Of a DNA stretch of 64,000 nt, positions 1 to 11,939 are shown piece by piece. This DNA is from Mobula hypostoma. Lineage: Eukaryota. Numbering within the stretch: the stretch's first letter is position 1; each line of letters starts with the position of its first letter. The notes beneath the pieces were generated by a model. The model saw nothing but the letters and a program-made list of their open reading frames with translations. It made no database searches and had not been told where the DNA came from. Position numbers and translations under genes: made by a program. The DNA lies in assembly GCF_963921235.1 (NCBI RefSeq), contig NC_086108.1:13144001-13208000 (forward strand). The letters are read 5' to 3'.

Positions 1-106
1 TCCCTTTGTATAAACAAAGTTGCTCCTCAGGTCCATCTTGAGGTAGCTAGCATAGTTAGCACAAGGCTTTACAGTGCCGGCAGGGTCCACTTGAACTTGT
101 TATGTG

Positions 107-640
107 GCCATACCATCTCAGCTTCCTCTTCTTTACTGTGGACAGTAGATCTTTGTAGTGTCTCATGTGCTGGGTGATGGTCCTTCATGCTTTGTCGTTT
201 GAGACATGGTCTGTATAGGAGATGCCAAGGAGCCTCTGTAGCATCTCATTTCTACTGCCTGGATCTTCTTTTGCAGTTCTGTTGTCAAAGTCCATGATTC
301 ACATGCATACAAGAAGACAGAGAGCACAAGTGCATATAGGAGTTTCAGCTTGGATCTGAGAGCGATGTTATTGCCTCTCCAGTTTGGTTTTAGTTTAGCC
401 AGCGTTGCTGTTTCTCGAGCTGGCCTTGCAAAGACTTTAGGTTTTGATCCTTCCTGGTTGATGATGGCACCAAGATACTTGAACCATTTGACAGTCTCTA
501 GTCCTTGTCCACTGACAGTGATTTTTGTCATCATTGGCTGTTCACTGTTGCTCAAAGGCTTGGTTTTCTCTGTGCTGATCTCTGTGCCATACCTGGTAGA
601 TGTATTGTCCAGAGCAACAGAGATCCTCAGCAATAAACAG
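107..640 (-). mobile_element. RTE-clade LINE fragment (RT C-terminal region)
   Basis: ORF 163-633 contains FKYLGAII...LVLSVFLYACESWTL...IQAVEMRCYR, typical of RTE ORFs. Confidence 0.8.
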
Positions 641-784
641 GGAACTATTTACTAAAGGCCCACACTCAATGATTACGGAACAGCTTTTTCCTCACCCATC
701 CACTATCAGATTTCTGAATGGGCATCGAACCCATGAACACTACATCACTACTTCTTTTGCACTACTTATTCAGTTTAATATATG

Positions 785-918
785 TGGCATGGTAGTGTAA
801 TAGTTAGCACAATACTTTACAGTATCAGCGAGCCAGGTTCTCTTCCCATCACTGCCTGTAAGGAGTCTGTACGTTCTCTCCATGACCGTGTGGGTTTCCT
901 CCGGGTGCTCCAGTTTCA
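785..918 (+). mobile_element. tRNA-derived V-SINE/HE1-like SINE fragment
   Basis: tRNA-like head (tggtagtgtaatagttagcac...ccaggttc) followed by the core gtgggtttcctccgggtgctccagtttc. Related copy at ~13505-13785. Confidence 0.7.
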
Positions 919-1297
919 AAGATCTAAGTACATACACTCACCCTAATTCACAGTTTTTCTCTATTATTATGTATTGCATTGTTCTGCTGCCACATAACAA
1001 CAAATTTCATGTCAAATGCTGGTGATATTAAACCTGATTTTGATCTCATTTGCAGACTTACACACCACACCTTGCACATTCTTATCCAAATCATTGACAT
1101 AGATTGCAAACAAGAGGACCTAATACCAGCCCTGAGGCACACGACTCGTTATGGGCCTTCAGCCCAGGAAACTACTCTCTCCGAATCAGAGTCAGCTTTA
1201 TTATCATAGACATATGTCAGGAAAGTTGTTATTTTATTACCGCGGAATAGTGCAAGACTTAAAAAATACTATAAGCTGCAAGGATAAATAAATAAAT

Positions 1298-1638
1298 CGT
1301 CATCATCATCATAGTGTGCCATGTCGTAGGACGTAGGCAATCATAGTCTTTCCATGAATATGATTGTTCTTGGCAAATTCTTCTACAGAACCGGTTTGCC
1401 ATTACCTTCTCCTGGGCAGTGTCTTTACAAGACTGGTGACCCAATCTCTTCCGAGATTGTCTGCCTGGTGTCAGTGTTCGCATAACCAGGACTTGAGATA
1501 CGTACCAGCTGCTCATACGACCGTCCGCCACCTGCTCCAGTGGCTCCACGTGACCCTGATCGGGGAGGGGGGGCTTAGCGGAGGGAAGGAGTGCCTTATA
1601 GCTCCTTTGGTAGAGACACATCCCCACCCCGCCACCCA
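1298..1638 (-). mobile_element. Short non-autonomous retroelement with (ATG)n tail
   Basis: Minus strand ends ...aatggcaaacc...ttgccaagaac...gatgatgatg. Second diverged copy at ~17500-17845. Confidence 0.6.
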
Positions 1639-2836
1639 AAATTAATAAATAAATAGTACTAAGGAGGAATAGTGAGGTAGTGTTCATGGGTTCATGGTCC
1701 ATTCAGAAATTGGACGATGGAGAGGAAGGAGCTGTACCTCCTCGTTGAATGTATTATTGAGAAGTCATGTTCCAGATGGTGAAGGTCCCTAATGATGGAG
1801 GCCACTTCCTTGAGGCACCAAGTCTGCTGCTGTAGCCCATCCACTTCGGAGTTTGACATGTTGTGCTTTCAGAGATGCCCTTCCGCACACCACTGTTGTA
1901 ACGCGTGGTTATTTTAGTTACTTTCAGCTTCCTCTCAGCTTGAACCAGTGTGGCCACTCTGACCTCTCTCATGAACCAGGGGTTTTTTACCCACAGAACT
2001 GCCACTCACTGGATTTTTTTTTCTGCTTCTCACACCGTTCTCTGTAAACTCTAGAGACTGTTGTGTATGTCTAGGGTCCTCTCCTCAACAACCACCATGA
2101 GATTACCTTCAGCAGGACTCCAGCTTTTGAAGACAGTCAATCATCCCAAACTTTTAAGGAAAGTAGGGGTAGGCAATAAATCTGGCCTTGTCACTGATTC
2201 CTACATCAGAGAACTAAATTCAAAGTTCAAAGTAAATTTTATTATCAAAGTACATGTATGTCATCATAATACAAACCTGAGTTTCATTTTCAGCAATCTA
2301 CAGAATAGTAACTATAACAGGATCAATGGAAGACACAAAACGAAATATAAATAAATGGCAATAAATGACAAGAACATGAAATACTGAGATAAAGAGTCCT
2401 TAAAGTGAGATAATTGGTTGTGGGAATATTTCAGTTATGGGGACACACAAAATCCTGGAGGAACTCAGCAGGCCAGGCAGCATCAATGGAAAAGTGTGAA
2501 CAGTTGATGTTTTGGGTCAAGACCCTTCATCGAGGGAAAAAAAACACAAAATTGAAAGAGTCCAGGCATATTCAGCTCAGCTCAGTTCTAGTTCAGTCCA
2601 GCAGTGTTATTATCTGCAGACCGCCCCAATCAAAGTCGCACAAAACAGCAACAATAAAAAGGAGGGATCAGAAAGCAGATCACATCATAAAGTGACCCAC
2701 AGCGTCCAATCTTTAAACCACATTGACTAAACCTTGCCTAAGACCCAGGACTGTAACGGCGTGGAGGGAGAGAGAGGCCGTTTGAATGCAGGGGCCTTAT
2801 TTAATTAACTTTATCTGTGAATTGATTCTGTTCCAG

Positions 2837-2914
2837 ATGAATATCGGTCTCTGTGCCCTCAAGGGCGAGGGTTTATTTCCCTTCCACACCCAACACGTGA
2901 AAGGAGTTACACAG
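2837..2914 (+). CDS. LTBP4: LTBP4 internal exon (C-terminal tail of a TB/8-Cys domain)
   Basis: ttccag|AT...ACAG|gtgagt, phase 1-1, 78 bp. Translates (D)EYRSLCPQGRGFISLPHPTRERSYT, matching the LTBP 'SLCPxGRG' TB tail. Confidence 0.88.
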
Positions 2915-3559
2915 GTGAGTAAACTGCCAGTGGGCCTTGGAGACTGAGGGTCTTAGAGAGTATGTAAGGATCTTTTTGAACTTCTTGGAAGCTGAACTGC
3001 TCTGACTTTCATCCCCTGCATTAGTTTCTCATCCATCACTCAGTGTAGTCCCTGCTCTTGCTGGCTGCACAGTGCTGCTGTGCCCACGGTCAGTGTGAGA
3101 TGCACTTTTGCATCGATTGAAATATCGATGAGAGCAACTTTGATTTCACCCTCCAGACACATCCACAGAGAGAGCCCAGGCCTCCCTCTCATTGTCTACA
3201 CTTGGTGATGACAACACCACGCTCATCTCCAGGGATTGGAAATGCTTTAAGAAGAGAGATAGCAAAATCTGCAATAAAACTACTCCAAAATGGCTCAGCA
3301 TCGAGCTCACCAGGTGATGATTGTCACCTTCCCCGCCCACCACTGGGGCCCTGGTTCTCACATTTGGCTTTTAATCCATCAGGGGTTTGCTTCATGAACT
3401 CCATTTCAAATCATACGATTCACAGGAACAATACTGCAAGATATGTTTAAATAAGTAAATTGTAAGTGTGTTGTAGTATTAATTATATAACTGTACAGAA
3501 ATCTGCTAGTCCATAATCACCAAAGTCCGAAGTGTGGTGTGTATGTTCACAGGGGGAAA

Positions 3560-4530
3560 CTTTTTCCCTGAATAAACTAATACTCAGTACAGTACACAAA
3601 CTTCCTTACCCAGGCTGAACAGTAACGCTGACTCTTTACCCGAATAAAATCAAATCAAGTTTAATTATCATTTAACCATATAAGGTGCAAAACATACACA
3701 GCACATTCAAATAAGCAAGCAAAAAAAAAACACCATAGTCATGCAAAAAAAAACACACTTATATAGCCCAAGACTCTGAGTGACATGTCCCACAAATGGA
3801 TGGTACAGTTCCTGGCAGTCCAGCCTGACATTGCACCGATCGAACACTGGAGGGCCACACTGACAGGAGAGGCCATCCCTAGCCGAGCGTAGACGCCACG
3901 CTGCACCGCCTCTGGCATCTCCTCTCCCAGACTGCAGCAGTGTGCAAGCCTCCAGCTTGAGGCCTAGTCCTCACTACAACCGAGTCTACGCAGCTCCCAC
4001 ATCATCCGTCATTTCACCGGACAGGCCTGCAGTATCTTACATTAACAATGTCCAACAGGGTCTTGCAGCCACAAGAGCTACATCCAGGACATTCAACTGT
4101 GTCTACACTGCATGCCGCCTTTGCGCACCAGCTCCATTGTCTCCAATAGAGCCTCTCCAAACCCATTCTGGCCCCTCCAACATGCCGGCCAGCTCCTTTG
4201 ACACCGCAGCCAGCTACTCAGATCAACGAACAGCTCACTGATGGCATGGGCCTTTAGTACCCAGTTCTTGGAGTCCAGTATTGTCTTGCAATCATAAAAA
4301 ACACATTTAACAAAGAAAAAAACCTTAGGTTGGCCCCCGAGAGGCTGCTGCATCCAGATGTGCCACCATGTTAGCAGAAGTCCCTATTAACCTATTACTC
4401 AGTACAGGACACCAAGGAATGGTCCTTACCCTAGCTAAATAGTAACTTTGGCCCTTTCCCTGAATAAACTATTACTCAGTACAGTACACAAGGGAATGTT
4501 CCTTCCCCTGGCTGAACAGTAACTCAGGTT
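3560..4530. repeat. ~80-bp tandem repeat (3 copies) split by a ~730-bp insertion
   Basis: 'tactcagtacag(t/g)acac...ccttaccc...gctgaacagtaac' recurs at ~3581, ~4396 and ~4473. Confidence 0.7.
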
Positions 4531-4936
4531 CTTCAAAGTTCAAAGTACATTGATTATCAAACTACGTATACATTATACAACCTCGAGATCCGTCTTCTAG
4601 CAGGCAGCCACAAATCAAAGAAATCAAAGAACCCATTAAAGCAAAAGAAGACCGTCAAACACTCAATGTGCAAAGAAAAAAAAACAAATAATGCAAACAA
4701 TAAAAATAAGCATTAAACTGAAGTTCACGAAATTGAGTTAGTAGCCATAAAGCCAGTCATTACTGCAGCTGATCAGAAGCCTGTGAGGTTCAGGCCACAG
4801 CCTCAGTTCAGCACAGAGACGAATAAACCTCGCGTAACAGCACCAACACCCTGCCGTTTTCAATCTGGCCCAGCGCTTAAATTATCCAAACCTTAAATCT
4901 TTGGATAAGAGCTTAATTTGATTCTCTGGGTCACAG

Positions 4937-5065
4937 ATGCCGATGAGTGTACGCTGTTTGGGTCGGAAGTCTGCAAGAATGGCGTGTGCGTCAACACGAT
5001 TCCAGGATACTCCTGTTATTGTCCATTCGGATACTATTATCATTCCACCCTCCTCGAGTGCATTG
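4937..5065 (+). CDS. LTBP4: LTBP4 exon, calcium-binding EGF
   Basis: cacag|AT...ATTG|gtgagt, 129 bp. (D)[42 protein letters not shown], six-Cys cbEGF consensus. Confidence 0.93.
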
Positions 5066-6016
5066 GTGAGTGTCAGTGGACGTAGGGAATGGGTGGGAGG
5101 GGGAGCTGGAAGGAACAATGTCAAACATTCCGAATGGTGTTTGACTGAAGTACAGGCCACAGCAAGACACAGAAGATCAGAGAGAAAGGGATGGAGGAAT
5201 GGAGTTAGAGATGAGGCTGACATTTTGAAACTGGGGAAAGACTGGAAATATGGAGGCAAAAACGGCAGATGGATGGAGAGATGGGCTGAGATGAAAAGGA
5301 GTAAGAAGTGGTGAGAGATGGGGTGAAACTGGGGAAGACAAACTGACACAAGGATCTACACAGTGAATCTGACTCAAGTTCATGACCTGAATGGTGGGGG
5401 TCCTGGATGATGGATGCTGCTTTCTAGGGGGCAGATCCTTGTAGATGCACTCAATGGCAGGAAAGGCATTACTTGCGATGGACTGGTCCGTATCCACTAC
5501 TTCTTGTAGGCTTTTCCACTCTTGGATATTGGTCTTTCCATATCAGGTTGCAATGCACTTGAATGGAGCTGGTGAGTGATTTGATATTGCATCAAACATC
5601 TCCTGAAATGATGGGGATACCCTTTGAGGAGAAATTGAAGTATTTTATTTTGTTGAATTTCAGAGAATGAGAAATTCATTCATGAAATACTGAGAGGGTT
5701 GGAGGGAAGTTCACCAGTCCAGAATTAGAGTGTCACAAATTCAGAATGAGGGATGGAGATATGTTTGCCTAGGCCAGAATTAGTGTGCCACAAATTCAGA
5801 ATGATTTTTTTGTCCACTGAACTGTAGGGAACTTATTGTCACCCAGTAGGTTTTTCCCTTCTGTCAGGTTGCTGTCCCCAAAAAGCAGGGCCCCAGGGCC
5901 GAATGGCCTATTCATAGGTGGTTTGGGCACAGACTCGACAGCTCCTCTTACTCACCCACGTTGGGATCAGAATTCAGGATTATTGGCTTTAAAGTTAATC
6001 TGTTCTGTCTTGTCAG

Positions 6017-6160
6017 ATAACGATGAGTGTGAGGACGCAGATGTTTGTGACAATGGAGATTGTGTGAACACAGTGGGTTCCTATTACTGTTCGTGTCAGC
6101 CTCCCCTCATCCTTGATGTCACTCTTCGCAGATGCACCTCCAACGATACCGAGCAGTTTG
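6017..6160 (+). CDS. LTBP4: LTBP4 exon, calcium-binding EGF
   Basis: gtcag|AT...TTTG|gtaagt, 144 bp. (D)NDECEDADVCDNGDCVNTVGSYYCSCQPPLILDVTLRRCTSNDTEQF resembles LTBP4 'DNDEC...CVNTVGSYHCTCEPPLVLD...RRCVSN' as recalled. Confidence 0.93.
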
Positions 6161-6819
6161 GTAAGTGGCAGAGTATTGTCCAGGGCAAGTGGAATTCTCT
6201 CGTCCAGTCCCCATCCCGGCCCTAGTCCGGTCCCCATAGCGGCCCTTGCCCAGTCCTCGAACCAGCTCTTGTATGGTTCCCATCCCGCCCCTTGATCAGC
6301 CCACAATGTGGCCCTTGACCTGTATCCCAGCCCTGGTCCAGGCCCTATCCCAGCCTTTCAATCCTGGAGACAGAGATCCCCTAAAGGTACCAGAATGAAT
6401 TTTTGCAATGCTGTAGGTTGAAAGCCCACAAACAGATATTTGGGAAATTATGTTAATTTTTTGGTGCCATAATCTCAGAATGGCTGGAAAATCTCCTCCC
6501 ATGGCATTCATTTGTAAGATTTGATCTGACAGACTGCATGGCATATTTCCTGTTGCAAAGTGATTCAGTCAGGTTATGGATGAAGTTCTGAGTTCCTTGA
6601 ATTCACCTTAGCGTCTGGTGGTGTCTGATCCTGGGCTAAGGCCTATGAGCTGGTGTCACAGGTGGATAACAAACATGGTTTTGTCACTTTTTAACTCTGC
6701 ATTTCCACCATCTCGTCTCTCGTCCTACTCTCCTTCCCTCCTCCTGTAACACTCTTCCCTTCCCCCATCTCCCCTCTTCCTTCCCTCATCTCACTCTCTC
6801 TACTCCTCTCCCCTCACAG

Positions 6820-6972
6820 ATGTCCACATGGCTCTCTGTTGGCAGGAGGTAGGTCGCAATTACCTGTGTAAAAGGCCTTTTCTGGAGCGACTTACAACCT
6901 ACACGGAATGCTGCTGTCAGTATGGTGAGGCATGGGGAATGGACTGTGCCCTGTGCCCAACCAGAAATACAG
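6820..6972 (+). CDS. LTBP4: LTBP4 exon, last TB (8-cysteine) domain
   Basis: Polypyrimidine tract, cacag|AT...ACAG|gtaac, 153 bp. (D)VHMALCWQEVGRNYLCKRPFLERLTTYTECCCQYGEAWGMDCALCPTRNT, with the TB 'ECCC' triplet and the LTBP4-like 'CWQEVG'. Confidence 0.95.
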
Positions 6973-7854
6973 GTAACGTCACCCTCTCACCTCCACCCAT
7001 CTCCAGTTCCTGACCAACCACTAAACTGACTCCAACACTACCATATCTACAGGAAGCAATACTTTAGAAAACATTTGTAGTCCTGTGTTCTCTGAGATGT
7101 GTTTGTGTAAAGGGAGTAGGAAATGTTAAAGATATTGTCACAGTTCAGGTAGATGGATCCCTAGGCCCTGATTAAATCTATTTCAGAAAGCGAGAGTGGA
7201 GATTGCTTTGGCTGTGCTGGGGATTTTTGCAGCTACTTCGGCTTTGGGAAACGTACCAGAAGACTGAATGTTGTTCTCTTACAGGCAGTGAGTCTTACAT
7301 CAAAGCTGAGGAATTAATTGGAAGAATATCAAAGGTCAGGAGATCTACTCACTTAGAAAGGCGAGACTGATTAGGGGGAGTTAGCAAGTTGAGAAGGGAT
7401 AAGCCTGATGGTAAGCTTTCAACGTAGAGAATGGTGGGTACATAGATGAGCTGCCAGTGGAGGTTGTAAAGACAGATAAAATACAGATACTTGAATAGGA
7501 AGAAGCTGGCATTAGCAAGCAATGCGACGAAGGGTGACAAACTTGGTTCACAAAACTACTGATTTCACTTCATTTCCGCCCTCCTTTTCTTTCTGTTCTC
7601 CTGCTGTTGGAGCCTGTGATCTACATTTTGCTAGTGCATCTTTGGGCTGATTGAGCAAACTGGTGCCTTGCTGTCTCCTACAGAGTTCAGTGAGGTTTTG
7701 TGCGGCCTGGAGGCCGTGAAGCCTGGAGATGGGACGCAAGCCCATGATCGGCTCCATTCTCGCTGACCTCACCGACTAAAGCATTGAGGAAGATTGAAAT
7801 CAACGAGGATGAGAACAGAAGAGGGGCGGATGTTCTGTGCCGTCTACCTGCATG

Positions 7855-8085
7855 TAACCAGTCTCTCTCTCCTCACTCGCTGCTCCCGGAGGAAGCGCTT
7901 GACCGGTCTCTCTCTCTCCTCACTCGCTGCTCCCGGAGGAAGCACTTGACCGGTCTCTCTCTCTCTCCTCACTCGCTGCTCCCGGAGGAAGCACTTGACC
8001 GGTCTCTCTCTTCTCACTCGCTGCACCCGGAGGAAGCACTTGACCGGTCTCTCTCTCTTCTCACTCGCTGCTCCCGGAGGAAGGT
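7855..8085 (+). repeat. ~47-49 bp minisatellite (~4.5 copies) inside a non-autonomous retroelement (~7540-8545)
   Basis: Repeated ggtctctctc(tc)nctcactcgctgctcccggaggaagcacttgacc. Confidence 0.85.
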
Positions 8086-8719
8086 GCCTATGTACAAATG
8101 TTCTCCCTCCCCCTTCTCGCTGGATGGTGCCAGAGTCCATGGGTCTTGGGCAAGGTTTAATTGACACATTTTGTGGATTGGACTCTGTAGTTCACGTTAT
8201 GATGTGTTTCTGGTTTCTGGTCACTCGTTTTTTTGTTTCTGTTTTGTGGGAGTTTGATCAGAGTGGCCTAGCGCTGTAGCCTACGGATAGCGAGAGACTT
8301 GGTGCTCGATTGAACTGAACTGAGTATACCTGGAATCTTTCAAAGGCTTTGTTACTGAGACTTTTGAATTCTGTGTTCCTTGCTCACGTTTTTTCTCACC
8401 ATTTGCGAGAGTTGGTTTTTTTTTGCACGTTCGGGATTTGATATTTTCTCTTTGAGTAGGTTCCATGGTTTTCTTTGTTCCGTGGCTGCCTGTGGGGAAG
8501 ATGAATCCCAGGTTCTATACTGCATACGTTCTTTGGTAATAAACGTACAGGCCTATTGCGAGTGAATGGAATTCGTACAGACTGGTATCACAGTTAGCAT
8601 GGAGGAGATGGGCAGAAGGACCTGTTTCTGTGCTGCACACCTCCAAGACTCGATGGTTCTTTGATGCATTTATACTCATCCTATGGAAATATCACTTACA
8701 TTCTCCCAATGGTCCCATG

Positions 8720-9125
8720 CACTCATCCAAGAGGACCACAAAACCTTGTCATAGATTTGGAGGCTTGCGTGCCTCAGTGACCTGGAGAGTGATGTTGGCT
8801 GGGGTCAGGGCTTTATGCTTTGGCTTTTGATAGAGTCACCCATGCCAAACAGGTAGAGGCCAGACTAAGAGTGGTCCACCGGTCCTCTAGGTTCGGGGGT
8901 TCAGCTCAGGGCTAACAACCCTGTCTGGTCAACAAAACTGTTACAGAAAGAGCAATGAAGAATCCTACATCTGAGTACGACAATATTCCTGAGTCTCCAC
9001 CCAGGACTTGTATGACTGACAACAGGAAGCTACTGACATGACGAAGGAAGCCCTGAACATCACCAGAGTTGGAGGAACTTCATTGCTGCCCTAAACACCA
9101 GCAGTGTAACAGGCAGTAGTAAGTC
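8720..9125 (+). mobile_element. Bipartite RTE-derived non-autonomous element
   Basis: RTE-like 5' leader joined to the 3' end ...ttcattgctgccctaaacaccagcagtgtaacaggcagtagtaagt. Reverse-complement copy at ~15215-15600. Confidence 0.65.
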
Positions 9126-9411
9126 CCATCAACCGACGCATTGCCAATTCCACCACTCGCCAACACATTAGGGATGATTTACAGCATGCCTTTGGGACAT
9201 GGGAGAAGACGGGAGCGTGCAAACTCCACACAACAGCACCAGAGGTGGGCACTGTATCTGGGTCTCTGCCCTCTCCACCAGTGACAGTCCAGTGCCTGTG
9301 GGAGATGGTCAATGGCCAAAGGATGATTTTTTTGAGGCCAAAGGGGTAGAAGGGAGAGGTGAAGTGAAGAATGAGGAATACTTGATATTGAAGCCCTCTT
9401 TTTTCCTGCAG

Positions 9412-9864
9412 AGTATCACAATGCGTTGTGCAGCTACCTGAGTTCACCCACTGAGGAAGACGATGGTTACCCTTATGGGTTGGAATATGAAAACTATGGT
9501 CCGCAGTTTGAACCCGAGTTCCCTCCAGATACCTTCCGGACCTACGATCCCCAAGAGTACGATGCTGGCCCATCTCCCCTCAGTGACGGACGAGGGGCCA
9601 GTCCCCCGGAGTTCGAGCCGTTCCCAGCTGCAGACCCTCTGGGTGGCCGTACGCTCTACGAGTCTCGCCGACAGCGCTCGGGGCCAGGCCACAGTGAGCA
9701 GAGCTCGCCCTCTCGATCCCGCTACCGGCCTCGAGCCAGGCACACCGGCCGAGGCTTCAGCACCAGGAGCACCCGGGTCAGCTTGCCCGAGCAGCAGAAT
9801 CGTCAGCCAGACGCTGCACCAGACCCCCACCCTCACCTCATCAGTAACAATGGGCAATATCACA
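9412..9864 (+). CDS. LTBP4: LTBP4 exon, end of TB domain plus Pro/Tyr/acidic then Arg/Ser-rich linker (3' end uncertain)
   Basis: ttttcctgcag|AG acceptor gives (E)YHNALCSYLSSPTEEDDGYPYGLEYENYGP... In-frame phase-1 donor candidates are A|GTGAGC after 9693 and A|GTGAGT after 9864. A phase-0 G|GTCAGC follows 9776. Confidence 0.7.
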
Positions 9865-10285
9865 GTGAGTATTATCATGTCACTACGGACCTGGTCTCTC
9901 TCCCTCCCCTCCACTCCCACCCCTTTCCCTCTCCTCCCTCCACTCCCAGCCCTTTCCCTCTCCTCCCTCCACCCTCACCTCATCAGTAACAATGGGCAAT
10001 ATCACAGTGAGTATTATCATGTCACTGCGGACCTGGTCTCTCTGCCTCCCTCTCTCCCCCCTCCACTCCCACCCCTTTCCCTCTCCTCCCTCCACTCCCA
10101 GCCCTTTCCCTCTCCTCCCTCCACCCTCACCTCATCAGTAACAATGGGCAATATCACAGTGAGTATTATCATGTCACTGCGGACCTGGTCTCTCTCCCTC
10201 CCACGCACACACATTTCATCAGTAGCAATGGGGAAGATGAGAGTGAGGGAAATCGTGTCACTGCAGACCCTGTCCCTCTCTCGTC
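9831..10285 (+). repeat. 142-152 bp tandem repeat (3 copies plus 1 diverged), each with a CT-rich spacer
   Basis: cctcacctcatcagtaacaatgggcaatatcacagtgagtattatcatgtcact starts at 9831, 9973 and 10125. Confidence 0.9.
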
Positions 10286-10339
10286 CTCTCCATTCCTCTC
10301 GCTCCCTTCTCATCCTCTCCCTGCGTCATCCCCATATTC

Positions 10340-11938
10340 TCTTTTTTAGAAGAGGTTATCAAAGTTCCCACATGGGGCGGTGCTCAAGAAGGTTCAGTCG
10401 CTCGGTATTCAAGATGAGGTAGTAAATTGGATTAGGCATTGACTTTTTGGTAGAAGCCAGAGAGTAACAGTAGATCGTTGCCTCTGACTGGAGGCCTGTG
10501 ACTAGTGGTGTGGTGCAGGGATCGGTGTTGGGACCTTTCTTGTTTGTCATCTACATCAACGATCTGGATGATAATATGGTTAACTGGATCAGCAAATTTA
10601 CAGATGACACTAAGATTGAGGGTGTAGTGGACAACGAGGAAGATGATCATAGCTTGCAGTGGAATCTTATCCAGCTGGAAATATGGGCTGAAGAACGGCA
10701 GATGGAATTTAATGTGGACGAGTGTGATGTTTTGCACTTCAGTAGGACCAACCAGGGTAGGCCTTACACAGTGAACAGTAGGGCACTGAGGAGTGTGGTA
10801 GAACACAGGGATCTGGGAATACAGGTACATAGTTTATTAGAAGCGGTGTCATAGGAGATAGGGTTGTAAAGAAAGCTTTTGATACATTGGCCTTCATAAA
10901 CCAAAGTATCGGGTACAGGAGATGGGATGATATGTTGAAGCTGTATAAGGCATTGGTGAGGCCTAATTTGGTGTGCAGTTTTGGTCACCTACCTATAGAG
11001 AAGATGAAAATAAGGTTGAAAGAGTACAGAGTAAATTTATAAGGATGTTGCCGGGTCTGGAGGACCTGAGTTATAAGGAAAGATTGAATAGGTTAGGACT
11101 TTATTCCTTGGAATGTAGAAGATTAACAGAGGTATACAAAGTTACAAGGGGTATAGACGGGGTAAATGTAAGCAGGCTTCTTCCACTACAGTTGAGTGAG
11201 ACTACAACTAGTGGTCATGGGTTAAGGGTAAAAGGTGAAACGGTGAAGGGGAACATGAGGGAAGCTTCTCTGCTCAGAAGGTGGTGAGAGTTTGGAATGA
11301 TCTACTGACACAGTGATGCATGCAAGCTCGATTTCAGCATTTAAGATGTTTCGCTATGTACGTGGATGGTAAGGGTATAGAGGGCAATGGTCCCAGTGCA
11401 GGTCAATGGGAGTAGGTGGCTTAACTGGTTCGACATGGATTAGATGAGCCAAAAGGCGTGCTTCTGTGCTCTCCTTTTCCAGAGGACTAGAATATAAATG
11501 CAAGGATGTAATGTTGAGACTTTATAAAGTGCTGGTGAAGACTCACTTGGAGTATTGTGAACAGTTTTGAGCCCTTTAGCTAAGAAAAAGTGTGCGGACA
11601 GTGGAGAGGGTTCACGACAATGATTCCGGAAATGAAAAGATTATCACCTGAGGAACGTTTGATGGTTCTGGGCCTCTACTCACTGGAATTTCGAAGAATG
11701 GGGGAGAATCTCTTTGAAACATATCGAATGTCGAAAGGCCTCAGTAAAGTGGATGTGTGGAGGATGTTTCCTATAGATGGGGGGGTGTGATTTCAGACCA
11801 GAGGACACGGAATAGAGGGGTGTCCTTTAAGAATGGAGATGAGGAGGAATTTCTTTAGCCAGAGAGTGGTGAACCTGTGGAATTTGTTGCCACAGTCGGC
11901 TGCAGAGGCCAAGTTATTGGGTATATTTAAGGCAGAGC
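10340..11938 (+). mobile_element. CR1/HER1-type LINE fragments (RT and 3' region)
   Basis: SGVVQGSVLGPFLFVIYINDLD...SKFTDDTKI; QFWSP...ERLNRLGLYSLE. Confidence 0.9.
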
Positions 11939-11939
11939 G

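Noticed and set aside
785..860. tRNA gene
   Set aside because: It is a degenerate tRNA-like head contiguous with a SINE core, with no complete cloverleaf.
9463..10422. 319-aa ORF as an independent gene
   Set aside because: It is an alternative frame of the LTBP4 linker exon running on through a low-complexity tandem repeat.
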